Positions 51,801-64,000 of a stretch of DNA of 64,000 nt are shown one piece after another (within the stretch, counting starts at the first letter, position 1; each line of letters begins with the position of its first letter). A program made the translations under genes and the position numbers. The stretch lies in assembly GCF_963921235.1 (NCBI RefSeq), contig NC_086108.1, forward strand, positions 80,726,001 to 80,790,000. The letters are read 5' to 3'. The stretch is from Mobula hypostoma (lineage: Eukaryota). The notes below the pieces were generated by a model. It was not told the origin of the DNA and ran no database searches. It was given only the letters and a program-made list of their open reading frames with translations.

Positions 51801-52614
51801 AAATCCTGGGGCGTGTCTACAACAGGTTGCACTTGTGCTACAACTAGCTGTACAACATTGTCACCTCTTTTGGCTCACACACCATATTCCCTGCCATCAC
51901 CAGAAATTGGCATACAAAGTTCTTTCTACATCCTTCCATTCAGAATGTGGCCATGAGCTCATCTTCAGATGCCAACATCCCTGACCAGTCACTTAGACAC
52001 ATCAATTCCACCTCATTCATACATGATTCTACATCCAGTATCTGGGTCTCATTGATGCCATAATTGCAATTTTAAAGTAGTTGCAGATATAAGAGGACCT
52101 GCAGGTGTTCGTATGCAAATCTTTTAAGGAATTGGTTATCAAGGTGGGTATGAGTTCCATTGCTTTATAAAAAAAAAGGTTAAGCTACAAAAGAATAAGG
52201 AAATTATGCTAAACCTTTATAATTCATTGGTTAAGCCTCAGTTGGAGAATTAAGTTCACTTCTGCATAGTAAAATTTAGGAAGATCTTCAAGGCTCGAGG
52301 GTGCAGAAGCTATTTACCAAAATAGGAATGGGATAATTGATCAGTTATGTGGAAAACTGGAATTGTTCTCTTTAGACTAGAGGAGGTTAAGAAGAGTTTT
52401 TTTTAAGGTGGTCCAAATTGTGAAAGGCTTGATAGAATGGACAGAGTAGAAATTTGAAGAAGGGTTAGTAGCCAGACATAACTGAGCAGAAACACTTCCT
52501 TTACATAGTAGTTTGTAGTGTTCTGGAATGGAATGGCTGCGGGGAATGTAAACACAAAATAATCTGCAGATGCTGGGGGAGCTTAGCAGGTCGGGCAGCA
52601 TCCATGGAAAAGAA

Positions 52615-52652
52615 CGGTCGACGTTTCAGGCTGGAACCCTTCCTCAGGACTG
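52615..52652 (-). ncRNA. Minimal hammerhead motif, intact core
   Basis: Minus strand: CAGUC-CUGAGGA-A-GGG(UUCCAG)CCU-GAA-ACGU-C/GACCG. Confidence 0.8.
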
Positions 52653-53005
52653 TAGAGGGAAGGGTCAGGGGCCCTATAAAGAAGGTGGGGGGAGGGTGGG
52701 AAGGACAAGGCTGGTAGGTTCCAGGTGAAAAACCAGTAAGGGGAAAGATAAAGGGGTGGGGGAGAGGAGGCAGGGAGAAGATAGGCAGGAAAGGTGAAGA
52801 AAGAATAGGGGAAAACACAATGGATAGTAGAAGGAGGCGGAACCATGAGGGAGGTGATAGGCAGCTGGGGGAGGGGGCAGAGTGACATAGGGATAGGGGA
52901 AGGGAGGGGGAGGGAATTACCAGAAGTTGGAGAATTCTATGTTCATACCAAGGGGCTGGAGACTACCTAGACGGTATATGAGGTATTTCTCCTCCAACCT
53001 GAGTT

Positions 53006-55063
53006 GCTGAACTCTTCTTCTGTCGCCTACGTCTCCAAGCCTACCTCTTTGGCAAGGATTCCCCTCCCCCAACTGAGGACCCCTTCTCCTGTCTTCAACC
53101 CTCCTCCTCCTGGACACCCCGCCCGGGCCTTCTACCTGCACTCGATCTTTTTATCTCCAACTGTCGCCGAGACATCAACCGTCTCAACTTCACCACTCCT
53201 CTCTCCTGTTCCAACCTCACTCCCTCTGAACGCACTGCCCTCCACTCTCTCCGCACTAATCCCAACCTCACCATCAAACCCGCTTACAAAGCTGGTGCTG
53301 CAGTAGTCTGGCGGACAGACCTCCACCTCACTGAGGCCAAACGGCAGCTCTCTGACACCACCTCTTACTTACCCCTGGAACAGGACCCCACCAAAAAACA
53401 TCAAACCATTGTCTCCTGCACCATCACCACCCTTATCAACTCCAGAGACCTTCCATCCTCAGCCGCTAAACTCCCACACCCCGTACCGCTCGGTTTTACC
53501 TCCTCCCCAAGACCCACAAGCCTGACTGTCCCGGTAGACCCATAGTTGCTGCCTGCTCCTGTCCCACCGAACTTGTATCTGCCTACCTGGACTCCATTTT
53601 GTCACCCATAGTTCAGTCCCTCCCCACCTACATCCGGGATACATCCCATGCCCTCCACCTCTTCAATAACTTCCAGTTCCCCGGTCCCAACAGCTTCATC
53701 TTCACTATGGATGTCCAATCCCTATACACCTCCAGTCCCCATCAAGAAGGCCTCAAAGCCCTCCGCTACTTTCTGAATAATAGACCTCACCAGTTCCCCA
53801 CCACCACTACCTTCCTCCAGTTGGCGGAACTGGTTCTCACACTCAATAGCTTCTCTTTTGGCTCTAGCCACTTTCTTCAGACCAAGGGTGTAGCTATGGG
53901 AACTCACATGGGCCCTAGCTATGCCTGCCTCTTTGTTGGTTATGTGGAACAGTCTGTGCTCCAAACCTATTCTGGTACTGCTCCCCAACTTTTCCTTCGG
54001 TACATTGATGACTACATCGGTGCTGCTTCCTGCACCCATGCTGAGCTTGTCAATTTCATCGACCTTACTTCTAACTTCCACCCAGCCCACCAATTCACTT
54101 GGTCTATCTCGGACACTTCTCTCCCCTTTCTCAATCTCTGGGTCTCCATCTCTGGAGACGGACTGTCCACTGACATCTTCTACAAGCCCACTGACTCTCA
54201 TAACTACAAACGTTTGTACCTCAGCTATACCTCTTCCCACCCCGCCACATGCAAAAATGCCCTATTCCCAGTTCCTCCGTCTCCGCCGCATCTGCTCCCA
54301 GGATGACGCTTTCCGTTCCAGGATATCTCAAATGTCCTCTTTCTTTAAGGATTGTGGTTTCCCTTCTGATGTCATCAATGATGCCCTCACCCGCATCTCC
54401 TCAATTTCCCGCACTTCGGCTCTCACCCCATCCTCCCGCCACCACAACAGGGACAGAGTTCCCCTTGTCCTCACCTACCAACCCACCAGCCTCCGGATCC
54501 AGCATATTATCCTCCGCAACTTCCGCCACCTTCAACAGGACCCCACCACTAAGCACATCTTTCTCTCTCCACCCCTCTCTGCTTTCCGCAGGGATCGGTC
54601 CCTCCGCGACTCCCTGGTCCACACGTCCCTCCCCACGGATCTCCCACCTGGCACTTATCCCTGTAAGCGCAAGTGCTACACCTGTCCCTACACCTCCTCT
54701 CTTGCCACCATTCAGGGCCCCAAACAGTCCTTCCAAGTGAGGCAACACTTCACTTGTGAGTCTGTTGGGGTCATCTATTGCATCCGGTGCTCCTGGTGCG
54801 GCCTCCTCTACATCGGTGAAACCCGACGCAGATTGGGGGACTGCTTCGTCAAGCACCTCCGCTCCGTCCACCAAAACAGACAGGATCTCCCAGTAGCCAC
54901 CCACTTCAACTCTGCTTCCCACTCCCATTCAGATATGTCCATACATGGCCTCCTCTACTGCCATGATGTGGCTAAACTCAGGTTGGAGGAGCAACACCTC
55001 ATATACCGTCTAGGTAGTCTCCAGCCCCTTGGTATGAACATAGAATTCTCCAATATCCGGTAA
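53006..55063 (+). pseudogene. Frameshifted PLE reverse transcriptase - GIY-YIG endonuclease ORF
   Basis: RT core in ORF 53599-54306; thumb, linker and GIY-YIG in ORF 53921-55063; frame switch near 54200-54260; N-terminus missing. Confidence 0.9.
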
Positions 55064-55327
55064 TTCCCTCCCCCTCCCTTCCCCTATCCCTATGTCACTC
55101 TGCCCCCTCCCCCAGCTGCCTATCACCTCCCTCATGGTTCCACCTCCTTCTACTACCCATTGTGTTTTCCCCTATTCTTTCTTCACCTTTCCTGCCTATC
55201 TTCTCCCTGCCTCCTCTCCCCCACCCCTTTATCTTTCCCCTTACTGTTTCTTCACCTGGAACCTAGCAGCCTTCTCCTTCCCACCCTCCCCCCACCTTCT
55301 TTATAGGGCCTCTGCCCCTTCCCTCTA

Positions 55328-55365
55328 CAGTCCTGACGAAGGGTTCCGGCCTGAAACATCGACCA
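55328..55365 (+). ncRNA. Minimal hammerhead motif, stem III ACAU
   Basis: CAGUC-CUGACGA-A-GGG(UUCCGG)CCU-GAA-ACAU-C/GACCA. Confidence 0.75.
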
Positions 55366-56949
55366 ATCATTTCCACGGATGCTGCCCGACCTGCCGAGTT
55401 CCTCCAGCGTGTTGGGAGTGCTGCGGGGAATGTAGGAGTAAATTCAATTGTAACTTTCAAAAATGAAATTAATAAATGAAGACAAAATATATGGCAAGGC
55501 TGTAAGGAAAGAGCAGGAAGTGAGATTGATTGGATTTCTTTAGCAAGGAGCTGGGACAAGTTCAACTTGTGGAAAAAATTACCTCATTCTGCACTAAATC
55601 ACATGCTCTCTCTCTATCTCTCTCTCTCCCTATCTTTTCTTGCTTAGACTGGTTGTTGCAATGAGCAAATATCAAGCAGAACAACCTGACGCAAAAGGCT
55701 CTGCATATTTCATCTCCCTCCTCCTTATATTGTTCTTTTGTTAGAAGTTACAAGACAAATGGCAGAACTCTCTCATCTGGAAGACCCATTAAGTTTCTTG
55801 TACCTCTTCATGCACTTCTTGCAACTGTAGTTGCACTGTTCACAAGGTGCCCATTGCAAACCTTTTGCCAATGACTAAAAATAAGTCACATTCTTCTTTG
55901 TCTCCCTCAGGAAAAGTTTCAGAAAAAAATAGTTAACTGTAGGTTGCTAATTGTTCTTTGTGTCTTTTTATCAGTGTAGTTTTATGGTCTCATTATCTAT
56001 TGTCACATAAAATAGAAAGATCTTTAGTATGCCACTGCACCATTGCTGCACAACCTACCCTTATCTCCACAATTACTATAGGTAGTTTTGAACTGCCCCA
56101 TAATCTTTTCTTCCAATCCACTGTAATTTGGACATTGTGATGCCCTGTTCAGATTAAAGCTATCACAGGCTATTACACATTGGGTGATAACCAGAGAGTT
56201 TTGCATTCCTCCCGATGGAGAAGAACATCATGCATTGTATAGGAAAGATGATCAGACTATTTCCCAGGACCACTTTTACCTCCTAACTCCCTATCTGTTT
56301 TGCAACATTCCAGATCTCTAATGTCAGGATTTGCAATGAGGTCAGTACTCAGGTCAATTTGAAGTCTAAAGTTCCACTCGTTCAAAATTCCAATAGTAAA
56401 CCAGACCACAGGACGTTCTGAGCAAAGGCGTTTTCTTCATTGCATTTTTGTTCAACATATTATATTGCTAAATGAATGGACAAGTTGAAACATTACTAAA
56501 GCATTTTCTTTACCTGTTGAAACATGTCAGCTTCCTTTGATTGCTGCAGGATTGTGATAGTCTTGGCAATAGTGATTAATTTAACCGAGTATGGGAAGTA
56601 CAGTAGAACTGATCATCTCAGGACTAGCCAGCTCATAACTGTGCTTCATGTACATCAGTTTCCTGGAGCCCCAAAATTCACCCAGATACACCTGTTTACC
56701 CATGAGTTTTTCTGCAGTGAATGAAATCTTTTTCTGCGTATTCAAATGTTGGGTTTGAAAAAGGTTCAATAATTTTGACAGCAATCCTCTCCTTGCCAGT
56801 GTTTTCATTCCATTTGGTGAGAAAATAATGAAACTTTATTTAAAATTCTCCCATTCTCCCTTGTGCTAGAACCCTGGCATTTGCATCTTAGCATGTTCTG
56901 CTCCTCAACCCATCACGATGCCAAACTCTTATTCCATCACCTCTGCACC

Positions 56950-58320
56950 TAACCCTCTCCCCTCCCCCCTTCCCAGCCACTGATAATCCCCTTCTTCTGC
57001 CTCAAGCCATCCTCCTCCTCTTGGATACATATCTGCCCTCTTTGAGTCTCTTCACCTCTAACTGCGAACAGGACGTCAGCCATTCCCATCACCCACTCAA
57101 ACCTCACCACTCACTCCAAGCTAATCCCACCTCACTGGCAAACCCGCAGACAAGAAGACAGATTATTCACTGATATCTACTACAAACCCAATGACTCCCA
57201 CGGCAACTTCAACTTGAACCCCTCCCACCCTGCCACTTGTAAGTATGCGTGTTCCCATCATGAGGACTTCCACTTCAGGACATCTGAAGTGTCTTCTTTT
57301 TTCAGAAAATGGGCCCCATCCACCACCCCACTGTTATTGCTGGAGCCTTCACCCACATTTCCTCTACATATATCTGGAAATTCTGCCCTCACCACATTCC
57401 CTTGCCCCTCCCACCCCAGTCATCATAACAGCCCATCAATCAGCACATCCAACATATCTATCCCTCCCCAGGTACTCACCCCTGTAACCACCGTAAGTGT
57501 TATACTTGTCCTTGTCCCTGCACCTCCTTCCTTATACTATATAGGGCCTCAAAAAAACTTTCCAGTTGAGACAATTTTTTACATGTGAATCCATTGCTGG
57601 TAATTATTGCATCCGGTGCTCCCTGTGCAGCCTCCTCTACACTGGTGAGACCCAATGCAGATTTGGGGATAGTTTCATCGGCACCTCCGCTCTGAACACC
57701 ATGGCAGATAGGATTTCCCAATGGCCTGAAATTCTAATTCCACCCCCCCCCCCCCGCCAACTCACCCCTTTCGCACACTGTCTATGGTCTCCACTGCATG
57801 GTCATGTCCAAAGAACGATTAAAAGACCAGCCACCCATATTCCACAGGGCATTCTCCAACCTACATGCACATTGAATTCTCAAAATTCAACAACAGCTCC
57901 CCTCTGTCCACATTTCCTTACTTTTCTTTTTTATCTTTTCTGCTGATCCAATTGGCCCCTATCAGTTCATTCCCTCTCTCCTTTCATCACACTCACTCCT
58001 TCCACTAATTCCCCTTCCCATTTCCCTCCCTTTATTCTAACCCTCATTACCCTCTCCTATCAAATCCATCATCTTCAGCCCCTTGTTACTTACACCTATC
58101 ACCTCCCAACTTTGGACATCACTCCCCACCTCATCTGCCTATTACTTCCTGGATCAACTAATCACCTGCCAACTTGCTCCCCCCTTCCTCTATCTTTTTA
58201 TACTGGCCATCTTCCTTCCTTCTTTCTTTCCATTCCCGGTGAAAGGTTGACTGTCCGTTTCCCACCATAGATGTTGCTTTTTCTGGTGACTCAGTCTCCA
58301 GCAGTCCCTTGTATTGCCAG
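56950..58320 (+). mobile_element. Older, internally deleted PLE (ORF remnants, GIY-YIG, pLTR)
   Basis: DIYYKPNDSH, FTCES...YCIRCSLCSLLYTGET, pyrimidine-rich pLTR with eroded HHR. Confidence 0.8.
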
Positions 58321-58724
58321 TTACTTAAAACTTTTGCAATGCGGCTTTCTGTGAAATAATTTTTTTTTAAATTTACCACTAGTATGGCTATTAGTTGTAA
58401 ATCATCGCACAACCAAAGCAGCTGCTCATTAAAAGTGAAAGGTCGCTGACCAAGAGTAAAGCTGGTGTTGCAGTTGGCTACTCTCATAGAAACCGCATAA
58501 TTTTGGATATGAAAGTCAAGCTGTCTGTGCAATGAGCATCAAACCCACAACGGTAATGTTATGCCTTAGCGATGAGTTGAAGATGTGACCTATGTCTACT
58601 AGAAAGCAAATGTGGGGAGCTAACATGCAAATACAGTCAATCAACAGTGCAATCTTCTGAGTAGATTCTTTCTTACAGTATCAAATATTACTGCAAATTT
58701 CCTACAGAATGGGGAACATCTCCC

Positions 58725-58960
58725 CTGAGTATGTCAAGTTGATAGCACTCTCATCTCTGAGTCAAAAGATTATAGCTTCAAATTCCATTTTAGGCACTCG
58801 GTACAAGAATCTAGACTCACACTTCAGTGCACGTGGACTACATTTGCATGTACAGTTCTTTTTAAAATAAAATATAATTTAGGCCCTATTTTCTTTTTCA
58901 GAAAATGTAAAAGAACCTAGTGTACTGTTTTGACAAAGACCAGGGAGTTAATGGGCTTGC
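58725..58960 (+). mobile_element. Old tRNA-derived Deu-type SINE
   Basis: gatagcactctcatctctgagtcaaaag...ttcaaattcc head and aatgtaaaagaacctagtgtactg Deu-like core. Confidence 0.5.
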
Positions 58961-58999
58961 CAATACTCATGCAACTTCCTTCTCATTCAACTACCAGTC

Positions 59000-60600
59000 C
59001 ATGCTATAGAGGGCTGTAAAACAAAGTCAGACTATGTTGACAACAACAGCACATCCCTTCCTGATCAGCTTAACGCTTTCTTTGCACATTCTGAACCAAA
59101 GGGGATGGGAACCCAAACCGAAGGCCTCTAATGCACTTAAACTCAGAGTCACCATTGTGGACAATCAGTCTTCTGGAGAGTGAACCAAAGGAAAGTATCT
59201 GGCCCAGACAGTATCCCTGCCATTTCCTTAGATCCTGTGCAGAGCAGCTGGCAGGATTATTTACAGACATGTTTAACTTCTCCCTGTTTCAATTTGAGGT
59301 TCCCACCTGCTTTGAGGAGACCTCTACCATCCTGCTACTGAAGAAAACTAATGTGCCTTAATGATGCTCTGACATGCACCATCATGAAATGCTTCAAGAA
59401 GCTGGTCATGGCGCGCACTAACTCCAGCCTCCCAGGCAACTTCAACCCTCTACAATTTGCCTACCGCCAAATCAGGTCTATGGCAGATGCCATTTCCCAG
59501 GCCCTACGCTCATCTCTGGAGCATATAGACAGTAAAGGCACCTATGTGAGACTATTGTTTACTGACTACAACTCAGCCTCCAGTACTATAATTCCAAGCA
59601 AACTCATCTCCACATGCCTAGAACTGAGACTCAACACCACCTTCATGACTATCCACAACCACCCCCAATCTACACCATACACTGTGTGACTAGACTCTGC
59701 CCTAACTCCATTTACAAGTTTGCAGATGATAATACGTAGTGGACTCTCTCTCAAATAATGATGAGTTGGAGTATAGGAATGAGATAGGGAGCCTAGTTAC
59801 ATGGTGTCGTGACCACAATTTTTCCTTCAATGTCAGCCAAACAAAGAGCTGGTCATTGAATTCAGGAAGAAGGCAGTGTGAATATCCTGTCTATATCAAC
59901 AGGGCTTCAAGACCCTCGGAGCGAACATCATCAGTAGCCTGTCCTGGTCTAGTCATATTGATGTCATGGCCAAGAAAGCTCACCAGCATCTCTACTTCTT
60001 CAAGAGGCTAAAGAAATTTGGCATTTTTCCTTTGACCCTCACTAATTTTTATCGATGCACCATGGAAAGCATCCTATCTGGGTGAATCGCGACTTGGTAT
60101 GGCAACTGCTCTGTCAATGGCCGCAAGTGCTTTGGGCACAGTTCAGCACATCATGCAAACCAGCCTTATTTCCATGGCTCTGTCTATGCTTCTCACTGCC
60201 TTGATAAAGCAGCCAGCATAATCAAAGACTCCACCCAGCCCTGACATTCTCTCTTCTCTCCCCACCCCGCCCCCCCCCAAATTGGGCAGAAGATACAAAA
60301 GTCTGAGAACACCTACCGTCGGGCTCAAGGACAGCTTCCATCCCACTCTTATAAGTCTATTAAACTGTTCCCTAATACAATAAGGGTTCTTGACCTCATA
60401 ATGTACCTTGTTATAACCTTGCACAGACTGTCTAACTGCATTGCACTTTCTCTGTAACACTTTATTCTGCACTCAGTTAGAATTTTACTTTGTACTACCT
60501 CAGTGCACCATTGTAATGAATTGATCCATAGGAATGGTATGCAAGACAAGTTTTTCACTGTATCTCAGTACAGTTGACAATAATAAACCAAATTACCAAT
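59000..60600 (+). mobile_element. Rex/Babar-like LINE, 5'-truncated and degraded
   Basis: LRSCAEQLAGLFTDMFN, IMKCF, PLQFAYR, YVRLLFTDYNSA, KFADD, ESILS..WYGN; tail aataaaccaaattaccaat. Confidence 0.92.
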
Positions 60601-60983
60601 AATCATTGAAATAAATATTTTGTCTGATCATAAGGAGCAATGGATTACTAAAATGTTTCTTATTTGTGTCTCAGCCTCATAAGTCATGACACTGACCATG
60701 CTTCCAGCATATTCAGGACACCTTGTACTACGTAACAACAAGCATCTTTCTCCCTGTGGCACACATATTAATTATCAGCTATTCTATCAAAACAGCCATA
60801 ATTATCCAAGCACCTCACACGTCTCTTATCTGTATGCTTCCTTAGTTCTTGTAAAAAGTCATTTTGCCTCTGGAAGAAGAAGGTCCAATCTGTCTATCTC
60901 TCTCCAACCTTGAAGGGAGTGATCAGCTCAGGTAGGGAGAGAGAGAACCTCATTCAAATTTATCCCTAATACAATCACAAGCA

Positions 60984-60989
<6 letters not shown>

Positions 60990-61022
<33 letters not shown>
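60990..61022. repeat. (CA)n microsatellite
   Basis: Uninterrupted CA run. Confidence 0.95.
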
Positions 61023-61024
<2 letters not shown>

Positions 61025-61114
61025 CTCTGCCACTTCTCTGCCAAAGAATCCTGGAAGTTGCCACATCTAAAAACTACAATCTTATAGACTGAACTTAGTC
61101 TCCATACTGAAGTC

Positions 61115-61320
61115 ATGCAATCATAGAGTTATACAGCTTGGAAACTGGCCTTTTAGTCCAGTTGGCCTACAGCTGACCGAGACACCTAACTACATTCCCA
61201 CATTTACTACATTGCCCACATTTGGCCCATATCCCTCTAAACCTTTTCTATCTACAGTATGTATCAATCCAAGTGTTGTTTAAATGTTGTTCATGTACTT
61301 GCCTCAACAACTTCCTTATT
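61115..61320 (-). mobile_element. CR1-type 3' UTR fragment
   Basis: tttggcccatatccctctaaaccttttc is the reverse complement of the CR1 3' UTR seen at 44380-44410. Confidence 0.65.
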
Positions 61321-62599
61321 CAGTGCATGGTTCAGGGCAATTAAAACAGGAATACTCAACATAAATCAGCTGAATGAAAAAAAAATTCAAGAAGACAGGA
61401 TCCAGAAATTAACATGACTCAGCAATAGTCAGTGTTGTATGATTGATGATGTGATATGAACCAGTTCTACAAAGCTGGTACTTTGTGTCAGTAATATTAA
61501 GAAATCAAGATCTTCAGAACATAGGCGAATAGTTTAAGGAAGATTAACGACAAGTAATATCCATGTTTTTGGCATACATATGATGATGTCATTTTACCAC
61601 ATATGACCCTTTATACGTATATTCACATACAAATACAAGTCGACCAGATAACGAATAGGTTCGGTTTTTATGGACATACATAAATCAATTTTGTCTGTAA
61701 ATTATAAAATACACAAAAATCACACAATATGGTAACCATACATCTACAATATTCTGATGAATGGCATCAAAAGTATATAAGACTGACAAGAAAGAACAAC
61801 CACTGAAAGAGGAGAGAGAGAGAGAGAAGGGAAACGAGTCCTGCTGCTTGTATACATTAGACTTTGAATTTAATAGTATCCTGGAAGATTGATGGTATGT
61901 AGGTTTGTCCACAAATTATTCATTCATAACCAGAAGACAGCCTGTATTTAATTTTCCTTTTTAACGAATTCAGGAATTAGAGGTTCTATTTGCAAAATTG
62001 TTTTATCAGATGCTCTTAGGTCATGCTAAATGTGCATGTGACTCTGATGTTGATTTTACTTCTTGACCTTCTGAATGTGTGACATCCTGACTCAACTTGT
62101 TGGTGACTCATCTTCAGTAGTTGATTTTACATACACTTCTAGGAGAAATCCGTAATCACATTTTTCTCCAATCTGTAGTCATATGTCGCTTGCTGCAGTA
62201 TTTGGTCAACACAGGCGCTCCGAACTTTCCCTCCGAGTTGCACAAAATATCGTTTCATATTGGATAATTATACCATTTATCAACATCCCATTTGTCATAC
62301 TTGTTCCTTGTTCTTAACACTCTCACTATCTTGTGTTACCTAACCTCCTTCCTTTTGCCTCCTCACAACAAATTCTTGAAATGAGACGTGATTTTGATTT
62401 TGCTTCAACACTTGTCATATAGCTGTTGGCCATATAACACCCTTAAATATCCCAAATTATTTTCAAGCTTAACAATCATCTATGAATTGCATTTACAAGC
62501 AAATATAAATTTGTCCACTACAAAGATCTTACAAAAAGCAATCAAATTCTAAACTGCTTTTGTTGGTAGAGATTTAGTGATTAATGCTGAGAAGATGAA

Positions 62600-62811
62600 T
62601 TCTCCAAACATCTTCAGTCAATGCATGAGGGCACCTGCTACCATCTGAGTGTGGCTTCCCTAGTTTAAAGACTCTGCAAACTGAACCATTGCAATACTCA
62701 CTCAGTAACAAGAATCTGCACTGGTGTGTTAGTCTGAATGCTTGAGAGATAGGTGGAAGCTTGAATCCTATCACCTTCTGGGTCAAGCGTGAGAGTACTA
62801 TCACTTAGCCA
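62600..62811 (-). mobile_element. Old tRNA-derived SINE (head similar to 58725)
   Basis: Minus strand A-box TGGCTAAGTGAT and B-box-like GGATTCAAGC. Confidence 0.55.
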
Positions 62812-64000
62812 ATGGCGTTAGCAAAAAGTCAGTAAGGATGATTCCTTGGACACTAGGTATAATAAATCCATCTTGTTAAATGTAACATTTCCACCTACAA
62901 TTGGAATGTGGAAACATTGAGGAGCAAAGGGAAGAGAATGCAACTGTCTAATTACAACTTCAATGATACTAATATTGAGCAAGGAGGAGCAAAGGTTCCC
63001 TGCCGTCAACATGTCAGCAGTTCAGAATAGTTTGAGAGTGAAATCAGAGGCTGCAAAATTGCGAGAAGATTGGTTTACATTGGAATTGAAACACAAACTA
63101 TAAGTTTCCAACTATCACTATGGCTTGCTGATAACCTGTAATCTATCCAGTCCTTTAACTGTTATTTACGTTCTGAGCTTCTCTCCGAAAGAATTCTGAA
63201 TATACAATGTTTCACACTAAAGAGTAGGTGCATAGTCCTAGCTGTCAATTTTTCTTCCATACCTAGATAACAAGTGGTATTCTTAGCTGTACAAAAATTG
63301 TGGTTCTAAAATCATTCTGTCTTCAGTCTACTTCAGTAGAATGACAGCACAGTTAACAGGGACAAAAAACCTGATTGATTAACCAGTTTACCACCAACCA
63401 TTCAGCATCCCCCATCCCCTATCCCCCACAACCCTCATAAATCACTATTTCCCCCAATGCAAATCATGAGCACAGAATGTGTCGTACAATCTGATTCAGA
63501 TTAGCTAACCCACTCTGTTGCCTACCTAGATTCTATACCACAGCAGGCAATCATTTGAAATTCCCCTTGAAGTTCACAACTACAGGGAACTTGCATAATT
63601 TTCACTGCTGTTTCAATTTCCTAGCTCCTTGTAGTTGAATGTGTGGAAGATTCTTGCATTCTGACTTCTGATCAGGTGACACTTTTGCAATTTTTGGTTA
63701 AAACTGTGAAGAATTTAAGGATCAAGAACATCTCCATATACTGTACATTTACATGTATTAGACAAAAATTGGGAGCGTGTGGCTCTAGGATCTGAACTGA
63801 ATTCACACCTTGCACACAGAGGTGTAGAATTAAGACAGAAAAAATATGGTGATCATAGAGTGATTCACTCTGCGCCACTATAATACTCTTTCAAAGATGA
63901 CTCAAGAATGCTGTTGGCAGACATTTATAAACACATTCCTTTCAAACAGAGAATAAAGTACATTCTGGGCTTGAATTTTTTGAGTTTTACCAAAGAAAAC

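Larger units (their letters stand above)
52551..55419 (+). mobile_element. Neptune-type Penelope-like element: inverted 3' arm (52551-53005) + 5'-truncated RT/GIY-YIG ORF (53006-55063) + pLTR
   Basis: Perfect 15-bp TSD gctgcggggaatgta at 52536-52550 and 55420-55434; motifs IKPAYK, YLLPKTHK, GRPIV, TMDVQSLYT, GVAMG, RYIDD, YKPT, PYSQFLR, Cys linker CKRKCYTC..FTC, VIYCIRCSWCGLLYIGET; several frameshifts. Confidence 0.95.
52080..55600 (+). mobile_element. Old CR1 3' fragment (52080-52550 + 55435-55600) interrupted by the PLE below
   Basis: Degraded LYNSLVKPQLE..F remnant and 3' UTR rejoin across the 15-bp TSD. Confidence 0.65.

Noticed and set aside
53722..54928. Long minus-strand ORFs (172 and 175 aa) and similar antisense or low-complexity ORFs elsewhere
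   Set aside because: Antisense shadows of PLE/LINE coding sequence or translations of pyrimidine-rich pLTR tracts.
52551..55419. Interpretation as a DNA transposon or LTR/DIRS element because of inverted termini
   Set aside because: Encodes PLE-type RT and GIY-YIG with no transposase, integrase or tyrosine recombinase; the inverted arm is a copy of the element's own 3' end, including coding sequence.
47300..64000. Divergent neighbour gene (a Tctex1-domain gene adjoins BTBD19 in human, from memory)
   Set aside because: No ORF with Tctex1-like motifs was seen in this interval.

Overview
Vertebrate, repeat-dense genomic DNA; the repeat complement suggests a cartilaginous fish, probably a ray or skate (inference). 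One host gene is supported: the first three coding exons of a BTBD19 orthologue on the minus strand (47244-47153, 24466-24241, 13881-13828), with canonical GT-AG sites, consistent phases and a CpG-rich first exon. Later exons were not found and probably lie left of the window. Most of the rest is nested mobile DNA: CR1 LINEs, Rex/Babar-like and RTE LINEs, V-SINE and Deu-type SINEs, two ~80-bp hAT MITEs, and many Neptune-type Penelope-like elements (PLEs). The most striking non-genic signal is in the PLEs. Their terminal repeats (pLTRs) carry minimal type-I hammerhead ribozyme (HHR) motifs. Four separate insertions share one architecture, with an inverted pLTR tail on the left and a forward tail on the right; three of them have 15-16 bp target-site duplications (TSDs). 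They range from a 2.9-kb RT+GIY-YIG copy to a ~190-bp near-pure hairpin. The PLE-hammerhead link is known; the recurring architecture, a shared A6C core variant and a possible strand bias inside the host gene are inferences needing tests. Boundaries of degraded repeats are approximate and were read by eye.
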